A DNA stretch of 64,000 nucleotides, from assembly GCA_050250895.1 (NCBI GenBank), contig JBFWNU010000001.1, positions 3,044,891 through 3,108,890 on the forward strand. The letters run 5' to 3'. The notes under the pieces were generated by a model. The model ran no database searches. It was not told the DNA's origin and was given only the letters and a program-made list of their open reading frames with translations. The translations under genes were made by a program, and so were the position numbers. Positions 17,495 to 27,820 of the stretch are shown piece after piece. Each line of letters starts with the position of its first letter. Within the stretch, counting starts at the first letter, position 1. The stretch comes from Vulcanimicrobiota bacterium. GTDB lineage: Bacteria; Vulcanimicrobiota; Xenobia; Xenobiales; JADMJV01.

Positions 17495-20038
17495 ATGAGG
17501 CAGGCTTTTCGGCGTTATTTGGTCGTTTTTTTGGCCCTGTGTCTGTCTCGAACCACCTTCGCTCAAGAGACGACCGTGGCCGATCGAGCCTACGAGTTCA
17601 AAGCCCTACCCCTACAGCTCGAGGTCCTTCGCGGTGGACGGAGCTTGCCCATCACCCAGGTGCCGGAGCTGCAAAAAGGGGATCGGGTTCGCTTGCGCAT
17701 CGACCTGAGTCGCCCCGAGTTCAACTCGGACAATGGCCGCGAGCGGCAGCGCTTGCGGGACTGGTCGATCGGCTGGTTCTTGACCACCCGCGATGGTAGT
17801 CTGGTTTACAACAACGACAACCCCCGCCGGGGGCCCGCCGACCTGGGACGGATCGACCTCTATCGCGAACAGACCGAGAGCGTGATGGAGGTTGCCGACG
17901 AGCAGCAGAAGTTTCCGGTGCTGGTGTTGGTGCGCACCCGCACCCTCGACTCGTGGGACTACATTCGCCAAACCCGCGAGAAGAAACAGGCCAATTTCGT
18001 GGATGTCTTCGGGCGCTACTCGGAAGCCGTCGACCACTATCGCAATCTTCAGCTGTTTTTGCGGGCACTCGACACCGAGGGAAGCCGGGGAGAGCACCTC
18101 GCCGAGCGTCTGGCCGACGGCTTTACTGAACTCGGGTTCACGGTCGACACTAGAATGCAGCTGACCAAACCCGAAACCGTGGCCAAGCTGCTCTCGGAGG
18201 TCGACCGCAACTTCCTGCGGGATGGCAAGACCATTCAGGCCGATGTCGCCGGCAAAGCGGTCTCGAGGATGATTGCCGACAATAACCTGGGGTTGGTGGG
18301 GGTGGCCGTGCAGCTCGGATTGCTGGTCTACGAGGCCTCGGAATACGAGGAGTCCTACCGCTGGAGTTCGGCTCGCCTCAAGCCAGACAAGGCTGGCTAT
18401 GTGGTCATGAGCTCCGAGAGCATCCGCTATGGCGAGAAGGAAGAGGCGCCCGACGGCCAGGTGCGCAACAACGTGCGCTCGATTTTGGTGTGCACTCCGA
18501 TGCCGACCGAGGCGGTCAAGACGCCCACCCTCGGTTGGAGCTGTAATGATGACAACCATCTGGTTCCCGGTCAACAGCAGCGACTCGAGCTGCGCATCGG
18601 GGAAGACGTGTATCGCGCCGGAACTCAGCCGGCCCTGGTCGAGCGTTTCGCCTCGTCAGACTGCCGAGTCTGGGACTCGCTCAACGGACAGGCCAGCCCC
18701 GTCGAGGCCCGCCTCAGCCCGCGCGGCGAACTGGTGCTGAGCAACCTCGACGAACTATGGAAAGAGGGCGCTCTCGAGGCCGACCTGCGGGTGGTCGGCC
18801 AATGGGGCTTTGAACCGTTGCCCCTGCTGGAATGTCGCTTGTTCAAGACGCCGGCCGAAGTCGAACTGACCCTCTCGCGCTCGGCCCACATTCTCACTCG
18901 AGGCAAGAAATACCGATTGGAGTTGACGGCGAGCGACACCACCGCGGTGGGGCGGGCCCGCTTTCGTGACCAGGACCTGCCCCTGGAGGCAGCGCTGGCT
19001 CCCGCCGAACGGGGCAAACGCTACGCTCTGGTGCTCGATCTGAGCGAGGCGCCCGTTGGTCCAGGGGACCTGGACCTTTATGCCGGCCACGAACTCAGTC
19101 GATCGATGCGGCTACTGCACCGGAAGATTCAGGTGGTGCCTTCGGCTCGCTTTCATGTCGTCTTGCCCCAGGGTAGCCCGGTCTGTGAACTGGTCACTGA
19201 TGACGAAGCGGTCAAAGACGCCCTCAGGGACGTAGCCCGGATTCGCCTGGGGACGAACCAGGTTTTTCAACGCAAGGGCCAGAGCTGGCTGTTCGAGGGC
19301 AAGCCCCCCCAGGCTCAAGAACTCAAGTCTTCAGGTTACCAGGCCGAGTTGCTGTATGAAGATGCCGAGAAAGATCCCGTTCCCAACGTCTTCTTGCAGT
19401 ACGAGCAACACCCCGACGACCTCGACTTCATCCTCTATCCCCCCGCCCCGGCCCAGCCGCAGGGTTACCGGGTCGAACTCGATTCGCTCCACAGCAGGGT
19501 GTTGGCCAGCGGCAGGCCGGTCGAGTTCAGGGTGGTGGCCCCCAACGCCTGGCGGGGCGACAGCATGGTCGGTCTATGCATCGAGACACCGCTGTTCTCG
19601 GACCGCTGTACCACCTTCGCCTATAACCCGGCCGAGGGCCAGTCGCGCCTGAGGATCAAGCGCAACATCCTGTTCGGCAGCTTCACGCCTGACCGAGCCG
19701 GCCAGCTCGGTTGCCGATTTTCTACCGGTATCGAGGGGGCCCAGTTGCAGGTGCAGTGGGAAATGCCTACCGAGTGGGTCGTGGTGGACGTGCCCGCCAT
19801 CGACAAGGTCGAATACACCTCGGGACGTTGCTATCTGGAAGGCAAAGATCTCGACGTGCTGGTAGCCCGGGTATTCCGCTCGGGCGATCCCGCCGTCGAC
19901 GCTATCGGGGCCGGACTGACCCGAACACCGGAAGGAGTGTGCACAGCCAAGATCGATAACTTCGACCCGGCCGACTTCTGGTTGGAGCTACGTGACCTCG
20001 AGGGCCAGCGCTTCCGGGTCCGCGCCAACGACGACTAG
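17495..20038 (+). CDS. Large exported hypothetical protein
   Basis: Signal peptide ending TFA|QE; 847-aa ORF. Confidence 0.75.
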   Translation: MRQAFRRYLVVFLALCLSRTTFAQETTVADRAYEFKALPLQLEVLRGGRSLPITQVPELQKGDRVRLRIDLSRPEFNSDNGRERQRLRDWSIGWFLTTRDGSLVYNNDNPRRGPADLGRIDLYREQTESVMEVADEQQKFPVLVLVRTRTLDSWDYIRQTREKKQANFVDVFGRYSEAVDHYRNLQLFLRALDTEGSRGEHLAERLADGFTELGFTVDTRMQLTKPETVAKLLSEVDRNFLRDGKTIQADVAGKAVSRMIADNNLGLVGVAVQLGLLVYEASEYEESYRWSSARLKPDKAGYVVMSSESIRYGEKEEAPDGQVRNNVRSILVCTPMPTEAVKTPTLGWSCNDDNHLVPGQQQRLELRIGEDVYRAGTQPALVERFASSDCRVWDSLNGQASPVEARLSPRGELVLSNLDELWKEGALEADLRVVGQWGFEPLPLLECRLFKTPAEVELTLSRSAHILTRGKKYRLELTASDTTAVGRARFRDQDLPLEAALAPAERGKRYALVLDLSEAPVGPGDLDLYAGHELSRSMRLLHRKIQVVPSARFHVVLPQGSPVCELVTDDEAVKDALRDVARIRLGTNQVFQRKGQSWLFEGKPPQAQELKSSGYQAELLYEDAEKDPVPNVFLQYEQHPDDLDFILYPPAPAQPQGYRVELDSLHSRVLASGRPVEFRVVAPNAWRGDSMVGLCIETPLFSDRCTTFAYNPAEGQSRLRIKRNILFGSFTPDRAGQLGCRFSTGIEGAQLQVQWEMPTEWVVVDVPAIDKVEYTSGRCYLEGKDLDVLVARVFRSGDPAVDAIGAGLTRTPEGVCTAKIDNFDPADFWLELRDLEGQRFRVRANDD

Positions 20039-20370
20039 CGGGCCACTTCCTGGCTTAGATCCTGGCCCAGCTCGGTCATCTGCTGGCCCAGTTGCAAGAC
20101 CAGGGCATCTAGCTTGTCGCCGCTTCGCTCCTTGGCGAGTTGCTCGATGGAGCGGGCGGTATCGGCGGCCGGGGTGGCATGCAGATAGACCATGCCCCCC
20201 TTGATCCAGTGCGCTTTCTCGCGTAGGGAGTCGAAGTCGCGGGCGTCGGCTGCCTGGCGCAGCTGGCCGAACATTCCCTCCGCCTCAGCGAGATAGACAG
20301 CCCCGGCTTCGCGAAGGACATCGGCGCTACCAAATGTCTTTAGCGCCTTCTCTCGGTCAAAAGACTGCAT
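20035..20370 (-). CDS. Stand-alone Hpt phosphotransfer protein
   Basis: LREKAHWIKGG motif; GGAGGG RBS upstream of ATG 20370. Confidence 0.85.
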   Translation of the reverse strand: MQSFDREKALKTFGSADVLREAGAVYLAEAEGMFGQLRQAADARDFDSLREKAHWIKGGMVYLHATPAADTARSIEQLAKERSGDKLDALVLQLGQQMTELGQDLSQEVAR

Positions 20371-20562
20371 CAGGTTGATCCCTCCACTCTCGAGGATGCG
20401 TGCTGGGGCGACACCCTCCCACCCACCTGGGGATGACCCGGGGGCATCCCCAGGGATATTTCGTCTGGTTATCCACCGGGATGCCCCGATTGGCTCCACA
20501 AGACGCCTGTCACCTCAACTAGCCCCGCCTATGATGGCATGAGACTCAAACTGGAGGTAACA

Positions 20563-21126
20563 ATGGAAACTCTCTTCGCACGATTTAAAGATGTCGACCT
20601 GGCTGTCAAAGCGGTCGGTGCCCTGATCGACCACGGGGTCAAAGAGGAGCACCTGGATCTGATCGCCGATACGGCCAAAGGCCAGTTTTTGGTGGAGAAA
20701 AAGCACAGTGACGCGGCCAAGAAGGCCACCGACGGGGTGACGACCACGACGGCCGCCGATGCTCTCGAAGGAGCCAAGGAGGGCGGTTTGGCTGGTTTGG
20801 CGCTGGGCGCCGTGGCCGGACTGGCTAGTCTCATCATTCCCGGCTTCGGGATCGTGCTGGGCGGCGGAGCAGTGGCAACCGCTATCGGCGCGGCCATCGG
20901 TACCGGAGTGGCTGGAGCCGCCGCTGGTGGAGTGGCCGGTTACCTGAAAGATATGGGCGTCGAGGAAGCCATCGCCCGCGACTATGGCAAGGTCATCGAA
21001 GAAGGGGGAGCCGTGGTCAGCGTGACCCTGCCCTCTGGTAAAGTGGACGAAGCCAAAGCTCGCATGCTGTTAAGCAAGTATCGCGCCGACCATTTGATGG
21101 TGCGTCAGACGGCAGCGATTCGATAA
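20563..21126 (+). CDS. General stress protein-like membrane protein
   Basis: GGLAGLALG..IPGFGIVLGGG..GGVAGYLKDMGV..YGKVIEEGG pattern; GGAGG RBS. Confidence 0.75.
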   Translation: METLFARFKDVDLAVKAVGALIDHGVKEEHLDLIADTAKGQFLVEKKHSDAAKKATDGVTTTTAADALEGAKEGGLAGLALGAVAGLASLIIPGFGIVLGGGAVATAIGAAIGTGVAGAAAGGVAGYLKDMGVEEAIARDYGKVIEEGGAVVSVTLPSGKVDEAKARMLLSKYRADHLMVRQTAAIR

Positions 21127-21189
21127 GCTCGACGATCATAGCCCTTGGAGGCTTGTTCCATCCCTCTGACTCTGCTAGGTTAGGAGGGT

Positions 21190-21756
21190 ATGAGGACAAG
21201 CCTGCTTGGGTTTGTGGTTTTGTTAGCTCTGGTGGTCCAGGCTTTCGCTCCTCCGGCCGCCTACAGGGCAGTGAGTTTTGACGGTCGAGTGAGTCGTCTC
21301 GAGGCCCTGCCGGTGCGCCTGCCATCAGCCCCCGAAGAATATCAACTCGCTTTGCGTGAGGCGGCCGAGACGTGGAATCGAGCCGGAATCGGTCAGGTTT
21401 TCGTGCTCGATTGTCCTCAATCCGACCTGGCTATCGACTGGACGGGGCGTGGGCTCGAGGACGCCAGTGCGGCCAGGACAACTCTCTCGCCCATCGCTCC
21501 GGGGCGACTGCAACTAGCCGGCTTGTCGGTGCGTGCCGAGGGGCGCGAGCATCACGTGTTGAGGCACATCCTCACCCACGAGCTAGGGCACGTGCTGGGT
21601 CTGGAACACTCGGAAATTCCCGGGGATGTCATGTTCTGTCGCCATCAAAACGGAACCGGGCGCCTCAGCAATCGCGACCGCCGAATGCTTCGTTGGCTCT
21701 ATCGCCGGCCCGCATATACTCCGCTATTGGCCGGGCGGGTAGGGCAGGGCGGATAG
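21190..21756 (+). CDS. Matrixin (M10) family zinc metalloprotease
   Basis: HELGHVLGLEHS..DVM Met-turn; signal peptide. Confidence 0.9.
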   Translation: MRTSLLGFVVLLALVVQAFAPPAAYRAVSFDGRVSRLEALPVRLPSAPEEYQLALREAAETWNRAGIGQVFVLDCPQSDLAIDWTGRGLEDASAARTTLSPIAPGRLQLAGLSVRAEGREHHVLRHILTHELGHVLGLEHSEIPGDVMFCRHQNGTGRLSNRDRRMLRWLYRRPAYTPLLAGRVGQGG

Positions 21757-21826
21757 GGTGGCTCTATCCCAGAGCCGGTTAGCAGCGGCTCGTCTTTAGC
21801 TCCATACTGGTCTTACAACGAACAAT

Positions 21827-22186
21827 ATGGAGGCTATGATGATTAAGAATTTTGTGAACCTGTGTCTGGCTCTAATGCTATCCTGTGTAATGCTTAACGG
21901 CGCCGCCCTGGCCCAGGATGAAAATAGCAGCGCGCCTGCCGACAGTCCTGCCCCGGTGACCGAGAAGGTCGAAGTCAACATGCCCGACGTCAAGGTCGAG
22001 CCCCCCTCGATGCCCGACGTGCACGTCACCAGCGAGAGCGCGCCAGCGCCGAACCCCGACATCCACCTCGACGTCAAAGAATCGCCGGCCACCCCGGATA
22101 ACACCCCGGTGATGATGTGGGTTCTCGGCATTGCGATGCTAGCCGTGGTAGGCGTCGGTGTCGCTGCCGCCGCTTCGCGAGCCTAA
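21827..22186 (+). CDS. Small exported Pro-rich protein with C-terminal TM anchor
   Basis: Signal peptide ALA|QD; MPDVxV repeats; C-terminal hydrophobic helix. Confidence 0.7.
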   Translation: MEAMMIKNFVNLCLALMLSCVMLNGAALAQDENSSAPADSPAPVTEKVEVNMPDVKVEPPSMPDVHVTSESAPAPNPDIHLDVKESPATPDNTPVMMWVLGIAMLAVVGVGVAAAASRA

Positions 22187-22204
22187 CCCGACCCCTTAAA
22201 GGCC

Positions 22205-22232
22205 AGGGCCGGTCCTCGGACCGGCCCTTTTT
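22205..22232 (+). terminator. Rho-independent terminator
   Basis: AGGGCCGGTCC-TC-GGACCGGCCCT followed by a T-tract. Confidence 0.85.
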
Positions 22233-22309
22233 CGATCTATCCGAAAGGATGCCCGAACCCACTTCACTGGTGGGCTCTAGCTCTGCCCGGATGTGGGTAG
22301 AATTGGTCT

Positions 22310-24073
22310 ATGACGGTCGAGATCTTCTTCACACTGGTGGTGGCTGCGGCCACCGTCGTTTTGTTCGTCACCGAGAAGTTTCGAGTCGATGTCGTGGCAG
22401 CCCTGACAATGACTGCCTTTCTGGTCTCGGGAATCATCACTCCCGAGCAGGGCATCTCGGGCTTCTCCAATCCGGCTACGGTCACGGTCGCAGCCATGTT
22501 CATCCTCAGCGCCGGGCTCTATCGCACCGGCGCCCTGGATAACGTGGCCGCGCTCATCTCGCGCCTGGGCGGCAGCTCGCCGCTCTTGACGGCGCTCTGC
22601 CTGATGCTGGTGGTGGGGACCATCTCGGCCTTCATCAACAACACCGCGGCGGTGGCCATCTTCCTTCCGATCACTTTCGAGCTAGCCCGGCGCTGCAAGA
22701 TCAGCCCGTCCAAATTGCTGATTCCGCTCTCGTTTGCCTCGCTATTTGGCGGGGCTTGCACGCTGGTGGGGACGTCGACCAACGTCCTGGTCAGCTCGAT
22801 CGCCAAGAATCACGGAATGGAGCCTTTCGGGATGTTCGAGATGGCTCCCCTGGGCCTGCTGCTGGCCGGGTTCGGCATCGTCTATATGCTGACCATCGGC
22901 ATGCCGCTCTTGCCCAGCGCCCGCCTGCCCGAGAGCCTCGAGGGCGAGTTTGAAGTGGCCCCCTATCTGTGCGAAATCGTGGTGGGGTCCGAATCGCTCA
23001 GTTGCGGGCAACCGTTGGCCACCGCCCCCTTGATTCAGGCGCAAGACCTGGATGTGCTCGAGGTGCGCCGCCAGGGCCAAAACTTCTGGAACCCAAGCGG
23101 CGACTTCGTGCTGCAGGCCGGCGACGTGCTCAGGGTCCGTTGTGCCGTGCACGACCTGATGGCCAGCGCCCAACATCACGGGGTGACCTTTCGGGCCGAG
23201 GGCCCCGGTCCGGTGGAAGAACGCGCCTTTGTTGAGGCGGTGGTGGGACCCGGTTCGCCCTTGATCGGTCACTCGCTGAGTTCTTACCGGTTTCGCGAAC
23301 GTTTTCCGGCCTCGGCTATTGCCCTGCGCCGCTCGGACACCATTCGCCACAGCCGCCTGAGCGCCAGCCGTCTACGGGTGGGCGATGTGCTGCTGTTGGC
23401 CACCAAGAAAGACGCGGTAGATCGGCTGCGCAATGACCCGGCCTTCGTGCTGGTCAGCGAGGTCAACCATCAAGAGGACCGCCGCCGTCTGATGTTGCCG
23501 GCTCTAGCCATCATGGTGCTGGTGGTTGGGTTAGCCGCCCTCGACCTGCTGCCCATCGTGGTCTCGTCGATCCTCGGCTGTGCCCTGATGTTACTCCTGG
23601 GCTGTCTCAAGCCCGATGAAGCCTACGCAGCTATCGACTGGAAAGTGATCGTGCTGCTGGGGGGAATGTTGACCCTGGGCACGGCCATGGAAGAGACCGG
23701 GGCCGCCCGTCTACTGGCCGAGAGCCTGGTTCACACCGCCGGGGAAATGGGTCCCTGGGCGGCCGTCTCGGCCCTCTATCTGCTCACCTCGATCCTCACC
23801 GAGGCGCTCTCGAACAACGCCACTGCCGTTCTGCTAGCCCCCATCGCGATCTTGAGCGCCGAGAGCATGCAGGTCGACCCCCGGCCGTTTATCATGGCCA
23901 TTACCTTCGCCGCGTCAGCCAGTTTCATGACGCCGGTGGGTTATCAAACCAACACCCTGGTTTATGGCCCCGGGCGCTATCGTTTCACCGACTTCTTGCG
24001 GGTGGGAACGCCACTCAACCTGCTCTTCTGGGGCCTGGCCAGCGTCTTCATCCCCCGCATCTGGCCGTTCTAA
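22310..24073 (+). CDS. SLC13/CitMHS family permease with two TrkA-C domains
   Basis: [35 protein letters not shown] motifs. Confidence 0.92.
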   Translation: MTVEIFFTLVVAAATVVLFVTEKFRVDVVAALTMTAFLVSGIITPEQGISGFSNPATVTVAAMFILSAGLYRTGALDNVAALISRLGGSSPLLTALCLMLVVGTISAFINNTAAVAIFLPITFELARRCKISPSKLLIPLSFASLFGGACTLVGTSTNVLVSSIAKNHGMEPFGMFEMAPLGLLLAGFGIVYMLTIGMPLLPSARLPESLEGEFEVAPYLCEIVVGSESLSCGQPLATAPLIQAQDLDVLEVRRQGQNFWNPSGDFVLQAGDVLRVRCAVHDLMASAQHHGVTFRAEGPGPVEERAFVEAVVGPGSPLIGHSLSSYRFRERFPASAIALRRSDTIRHSRLSASRLRVGDVLLLATKKDAVDRLRNDPAFVLVSEVNHQEDRRRLMLPALAIMVLVVGLAALDLLPIVVSSILGCALMLLLGCLKPDEAYAAIDWKVIVLLGGMLTLGTAMEETGAARLLAESLVHTAGEMGPWAAVSALYLLTSILTEALSNNATAVLLAPIAILSAESMQVDPRPFIMAITFAASASFMTPVGYQTNTLVYGPGRYRFTDFLRVGTPLNLLFWGLASVFIPRIWPF

Positions 24074-24097
24074 CGACCGGGCCTAACGCGCGGCAGT

Positions 24098-24496
24098 TTA
24101 GCGGAAGAGCGAGCTGCCGTTTTGGCCGAGGTTGTGGCTCATCTGGTTGAAGCCCTGGCTCAGCATGGCCATCGGGTCGGGCTTTTCGGCGCCGCGAACG
24201 CCCTGGGCGTTCTCTTCGTCGAGGCGCTGCTGGAGCGTCACCTGGGCCAGGCACGCACAACTCACCGAGCCGCACTCGGGACAGACGACCATCTCTTTCT
24301 CGTACTCGACCTCGGTCCCATCGGCCAGGCGCTCTTTAAACTTGACCATCTTGGTCTCGACATCTTTGAGGTCCATCGTCAGCCAGGGGTTGAACTCTTC
24401 GCCCTGGGCACCCTGGTCGCCACGAACTTCAGCCGGCGAGCGAACGCCACCGAGTTGGCTGACCGTGTTGTTGGCAAAGTGAACCGGAAGATTCAT
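24098..24496 (-). CDS. Hypothetical protein with CxxCxxxxCxC motif
   Basis: VCPECGSVSCAC; plausible codon usage. Confidence 0.7.
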   Translation of the reverse strand: MNLPVHFANNTVSQLGGVRSPAEVRGDQGAQGEEFNPWLTMDLKDVETKMVKFKERLADGTEVEYEKEMVVCPECGSVSCACLAQVTLQQRLDEENAQGVRGAEKPDPMAMLSQGFNQMSHNLGQNGSSLFR

Positions 24497-24559
24497 CTCT
24501 TCATTGTTTCACTTTGCCCCCGTTTCCCCTGCGCTGACACAAAAAGTTAACAGGTGGGG

Positions 24560-24750
24560 CCGCCGAAGCCGACCTTCTCCCCGCGATTCTCGGGGTGAAC
24601 CCCCGAAACCGGCCTTCACCCCGCGATTTCTCGGGGTGAACCCCCGAAACCGGCCTTCACCCCGCGATTCTCGGGGTGAACCCCGCCGCAGCCCCGCCAT
24701 GCCCGGCGAAGCCCCGGCGGTCTCAAAGACTCCCGCGACCGGCAACGCCC
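24560..24750. repeat. Palindromic repeat cluster, family B copy 1
   Basis: 3 x ~40-bp unit TTCACCCCGCGATTCTCGGGGTGAACCCCCGAAACCGGCC, then tail CCCGGCGAAGCCCCGGCGGTCT. Confidence 0.85.
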
Positions 24751-24812
24751 CTCCAGCCACGCCAAACCCGGCCTCCGAAGGCTCGCTCGTGGTCACCGAC
24801 GAAGAGCCTTCG

Positions 24813-25103
24813 ATGCTCTCCTCGCGTCGAATTGACCCGGAGACCGAGTTCGTCTACCTGGCCAAACTCTCTGACGAGGTTCGCGTGATCAGATATTCCG
24901 GCGGGGTCGACCTCTATCCCCCGACCGACGTCCGGTTCACCCCGGCCGGACTGGCCGACTTCGCCCGCTACCGACCCCTGGAAGCCAACGGTTTGCGAGT
25001 TCGATTGTCGAAATTTCAGCCAGTGTTGCTCGAGCTGGCGGCTTTCGACTGCCGGACCGAGCGCCAGGCCGCGGCTTTAGCCCGCAAACTCTTCCAAAGT
25101 TAG
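24813..25103 (+). CDS. Hypothetical protein
   Basis: Non-repetitive 3' part of ORF 24504-25103; start uncertain. Confidence 0.4.
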   Translation: MLSSRRIDPETEFVYLAKLSDEVRVIRYSGGVDLYPPTDVRFTPAGLADFARYRPLEANGLRVRLSKFQPVLLELAAFDCRTERQAAALARKLFQS

Positions 25104-25138
25104 AACCTGAAAGCCTGGGAGGGTTTTATCTCCCCGAT

Positions 25139-25930
25139 GTGGAGGCCGAAATCGCCCTCGACGCGTACCTCCTTTATCGGTGCGGCTGTCGGCCGTGGGC
25201 CTTGCATCCCGTCTGTCGCTCCCTTTCTTTTTCCGGCCCCGAGGCGTCGGCCTCAGGGGTCTTGGCCACCCTGCGCAAGCAATTCCCGGAGGCTCAGTGC
25301 CAAACACTGGCCAGTTACGTCTACCGCAACTTTTTTGACTCGCCGAGCCCGGCGCTGGGCCTCAAGTTCCCCAAGCCTCGGCTTTCATGGGATGCCATTC
25401 ATCGCGAAGTTCCCGGAGGGGGCGGGCTGCTGACCGTGTCACGCGTGGGCCTTTCGAGCGATGGTCGCGAGGCCTTTCTGTCGGCCCATAATCGGGTTGA
25501 CTCGAGTCCGGCCCAGCCCCTCAATCGCGCTTCCGGTACACTTCCCTTCGCCGAGCAGGCTCTCTTGCGCCTTGAGGACGAGCGCTGGAAGGTGGTCAAG
25601 TCGCGGGTCAGGCTCTATCCTGAGCACCAGGGCGACGAAGACAGGCGATTTACCTGGAACGACGGCTTGCCTCGCTCCCTGTACGCCGGCCGTTTCGATG
25701 GCAGCTGGCTCGGGGCTGTTCGGTTGGGTGAAAGCGTGTTGAAGTTGGGTCCCGACGGGTTGATGCTCGATCAAGAGATGATTCCCTTCGAGGCTGGCCC
25801 CGAACTGCTAAAGAAGCTCGTCGTGGGCGGCAGGAAGGCTCAACAAAGGGCGGCCCGCAAGGCGGTCGCCCGGCTTCTTCGTCGCGCCATGGACCTGGCC
25901 GCAGTGGCTAACCGTTCGGGCCGGCGCTAA
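25139..25930 (+). CDS. Hypothetical protein
   Basis: 263-aa ORF with GLLTVSRVGLSSDGREA motif; start uncertain. Confidence 0.55.
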   Translation: MEAEIALDAYLLYRCGCRPWALHPVCRSLSFSGPEASASGVLATLRKQFPEAQCQTLASYVYRNFFDSPSPALGLKFPKPRLSWDAIHREVPGGGGLLTVSRVGLSSDGREAFLSAHNRVDSSPAQPLNRASGTLPFAEQALLRLEDERWKVVKSRVRLYPEHQGDEDRRFTWNDGLPRSLYAGRFDGSWLGAVRLGESVLKLGPDGLMLDQEMIPFEAGPELLKKLVVGGRKAQQRAARKAVARLLRRAMDLAAVANRSGRR

Positions 25931-25939
25931 ACCGACCTT

Positions 25940-26250
25940 GCACCCCGCGACGTCTCGGGGTGAACCCCCGAAACCGGCCTTCCCCCCGCGATTCTCGGGG
26001 TGAAGCCCCGAAACCGGCCTTCACCCCGCGATTCTCGGGGTGAACCCCCGAAACCGGCCTTCACCCCGCGATTTCTCGGGGTGAACCCCCGAAATCGCCC
26101 TTCACCCCGCGATTCTCGGGGTGAACCCCCGAAATCGCCCTTCACCCCGCGATTCTCGCGGTGAACTCGGCCGCAGACCCGCCAGGCCCGGCGAAGCCCC
26201 GGCGGTCTTACCGAACGCCGCGACCGGCAAGGACCCCCGCGACCGGCAAA
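25940..26250. repeat. Palindromic repeat cluster, family B copy 2
   Basis: 6 x the same ~40-bp unit plus the same tail as 24560-24750, direct orientation. Confidence 0.88.
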
Positions 26251-26346
26251 GCCAGGCCCAGCCTGGCCAAGACCGCGGCCCGCAACGCGGTCGGCCGGCT
26301 CTAAGCGCCTCTGCAATAAACGCGGTCGCTGGTTCGTTTCATCCAT

Positions 26347-27360
26347 GTGCTCAACCATGTCTTTTTAGAGTCGATAGCTTATGAACTCCCACCCTACGTG
26401 ATTTCTAGCGACTCGATCGTCGAGCGGCTCGAGCCGGCGGCGGTTCGATTCGGGCTGGATGTGGGGGCGGTGATGGCCGCCTCGGGGGTCGAGGAGAGAC
26501 GATTCTGGGCGCCGGCCGCCACGATGGTGTCGGCCGGTGCGGTCGCAGCCCGCAAGGCTATCGAGCGGTCGGGTATCGACCCCAACGAGATCGGAGCCCT
26601 GGTCAGCACCTCGGTCTGCAAGGACTATATCGAACCCTCGATGGCCAGCCTGATCCACGGAGAACTGGGGCTGGGGCCGAGCTGTCTGAATCTAGACGTG
26701 GGCAACGCCTGTCTGGGCTTTCTCAACGGCATCGCGCTGGTGGCCGACCTGATCGAATTAGGGCGAATCCGGGCGGCCGTGGTGGTCGATGCCGAATCGT
26801 CGCGCGAGGTCGTCGAGGCTACCATCGAGCGGCTTTTGAGCGACCAGGCCCGCCGTCAAGACTTTCACCTGAATTTCGCCACTTTGACGCTGGGCTCGGG
26901 GGCGGTGGCCGTAGTCATGGCTCACTCGAGCCTGAGCCAGAAACGTCATCGGCTGGTGGGGCACGTTTCCCTGGCGGATACCGTCCATCGCCACCTGTGT
27001 CTGGGCAGCCCTCAACAGATGCTGGTGCATGCCCAACAGCTGTTGGAAGCAGGATTGCTGCTGGCACGCCAGACCTGGGGTATGGCTCAGCGTCTATTGG
27101 GTTGGAGTTCGGCCAACCTCGATTTCATCATCGGACACCAGGTGGGAGCCCGCCACTTTCGCTGCTTGCTCGAGTTGTTCGGACTCGATTCGCGACGCAC
27201 GTTCGTGACCTATCCATTCCTGGGCAATGTGGGGCCGGCTTCGCTGCCCTTGACCCTGGCGATCGCTGTCGAGCGCGGCGTGATCCGACCGGGCTATCGA
27301 CTGGCTCTGATGGGCATCGGCAGCGGCCTCAACTGCTCGATGATGGAGCTTGAATGGTGA
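26347..27360 (+). CDS. oleA: OleA-like thiolase-fold condensing enzyme (3-oxoacyl-ACP synthase III family)
   Basis: YIEPSMA, NACLGFLNG, FATLTLGSGA, HQVG, LGNVGPAS, GIGSGLNC. Confidence 0.8.
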   Translation: MLNHVFLESIAYELPPYVISSDSIVERLEPAAVRFGLDVGAVMAASGVEERRFWAPAATMVSAGAVAARKAIERSGIDPNEIGALVSTSVCKDYIEPSMASLIHGELGLGPSCLNLDVGNACLGFLNGIALVADLIELGRIRAAVVVDAESSREVVEATIERLLSDQARRQDFHLNFATLTLGSGAVAVVMAHSSLSQKRHRLVGHVSLADTVHRHLCLGSPQQMLVHAQQLLEAGLLLARQTWGMAQRLLGWSSANLDFIIGHQVGARHFRCLLELFGLDSRRTFVTYPFLGNVGPASLPLTLAIAVERGVIRPGYRLALMGIGSGLNCSMMELEW

Positions 27361-27363
27361 TGG

Positions 27364-27630
27364 CTACGGGAGCGGCAGATAGGTGTCCTGAATCCAGAGA
27401 CCGCCTTCGTCGGACTCGATAGCCACGGCCGAGGGCGTCTCGAGGGCTTTTGCCAGGGTCTCGACCTGCTGGCGCGGCGGGGGCTCTAGCGGGCGGGGGA
27501 CGGCCGGGCGGGGAGCCGGCGCGCGGCCAGAACGGGAGGGCCGGCGAGGCGGCGGCGCTGGAGCGGAATAGCGGCCTCCGAAGTCAAAGTCGATATGGGC
27601 AATGGCGCGATGGACGGGTGGAAAATGCAT
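27364..27630 (-). CDS. Small Pro-rich hypothetical protein with acidic C-terminal tag
   Basis: 88 aa from ATG 27630; ends IESDEGGLWIQDTYLPLP. Confidence 0.55.
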   Translation of the reverse strand: MHFPPVHRAIAHIDFDFGGRYSAPAPPPRRPSRSGRAPAPRPAVPRPLEPPPRQQVETLAKALETPSAVAIESDEGGLWIQDTYLPLP

Positions 27631-27820
27631 GGTCACAGTATGCGAGAGAGGGCTTGGACCAGGGCTGGATCGGGTCGGCCTGAGGCCGTAGAGTGTGAAC
27701 GTCAGGTTGCCTTCCGGCGAAACGAAAAAGGGCCCGTGGCAAAGCCACGGACCCGCGAACCCGACTGACCAGGAGCTCGGGGGGGTAGGGACCTCCCGAG
27801 TCAGCCGAGTCCTTTCTGGA

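Noticed and set aside
20430-20490. GGGGCATCC...GGATGCCCC hairpin, loosely similar to 28710-28753, as a riboswitch or ncRNA
   Set aside because: Similarity is short and no known RNA family motif is recognisable
24560-26250. CRISPR array from 40-bp palindromic units
   Set aside because: Units are directly tandem with near-identical linkers, not variable spacers
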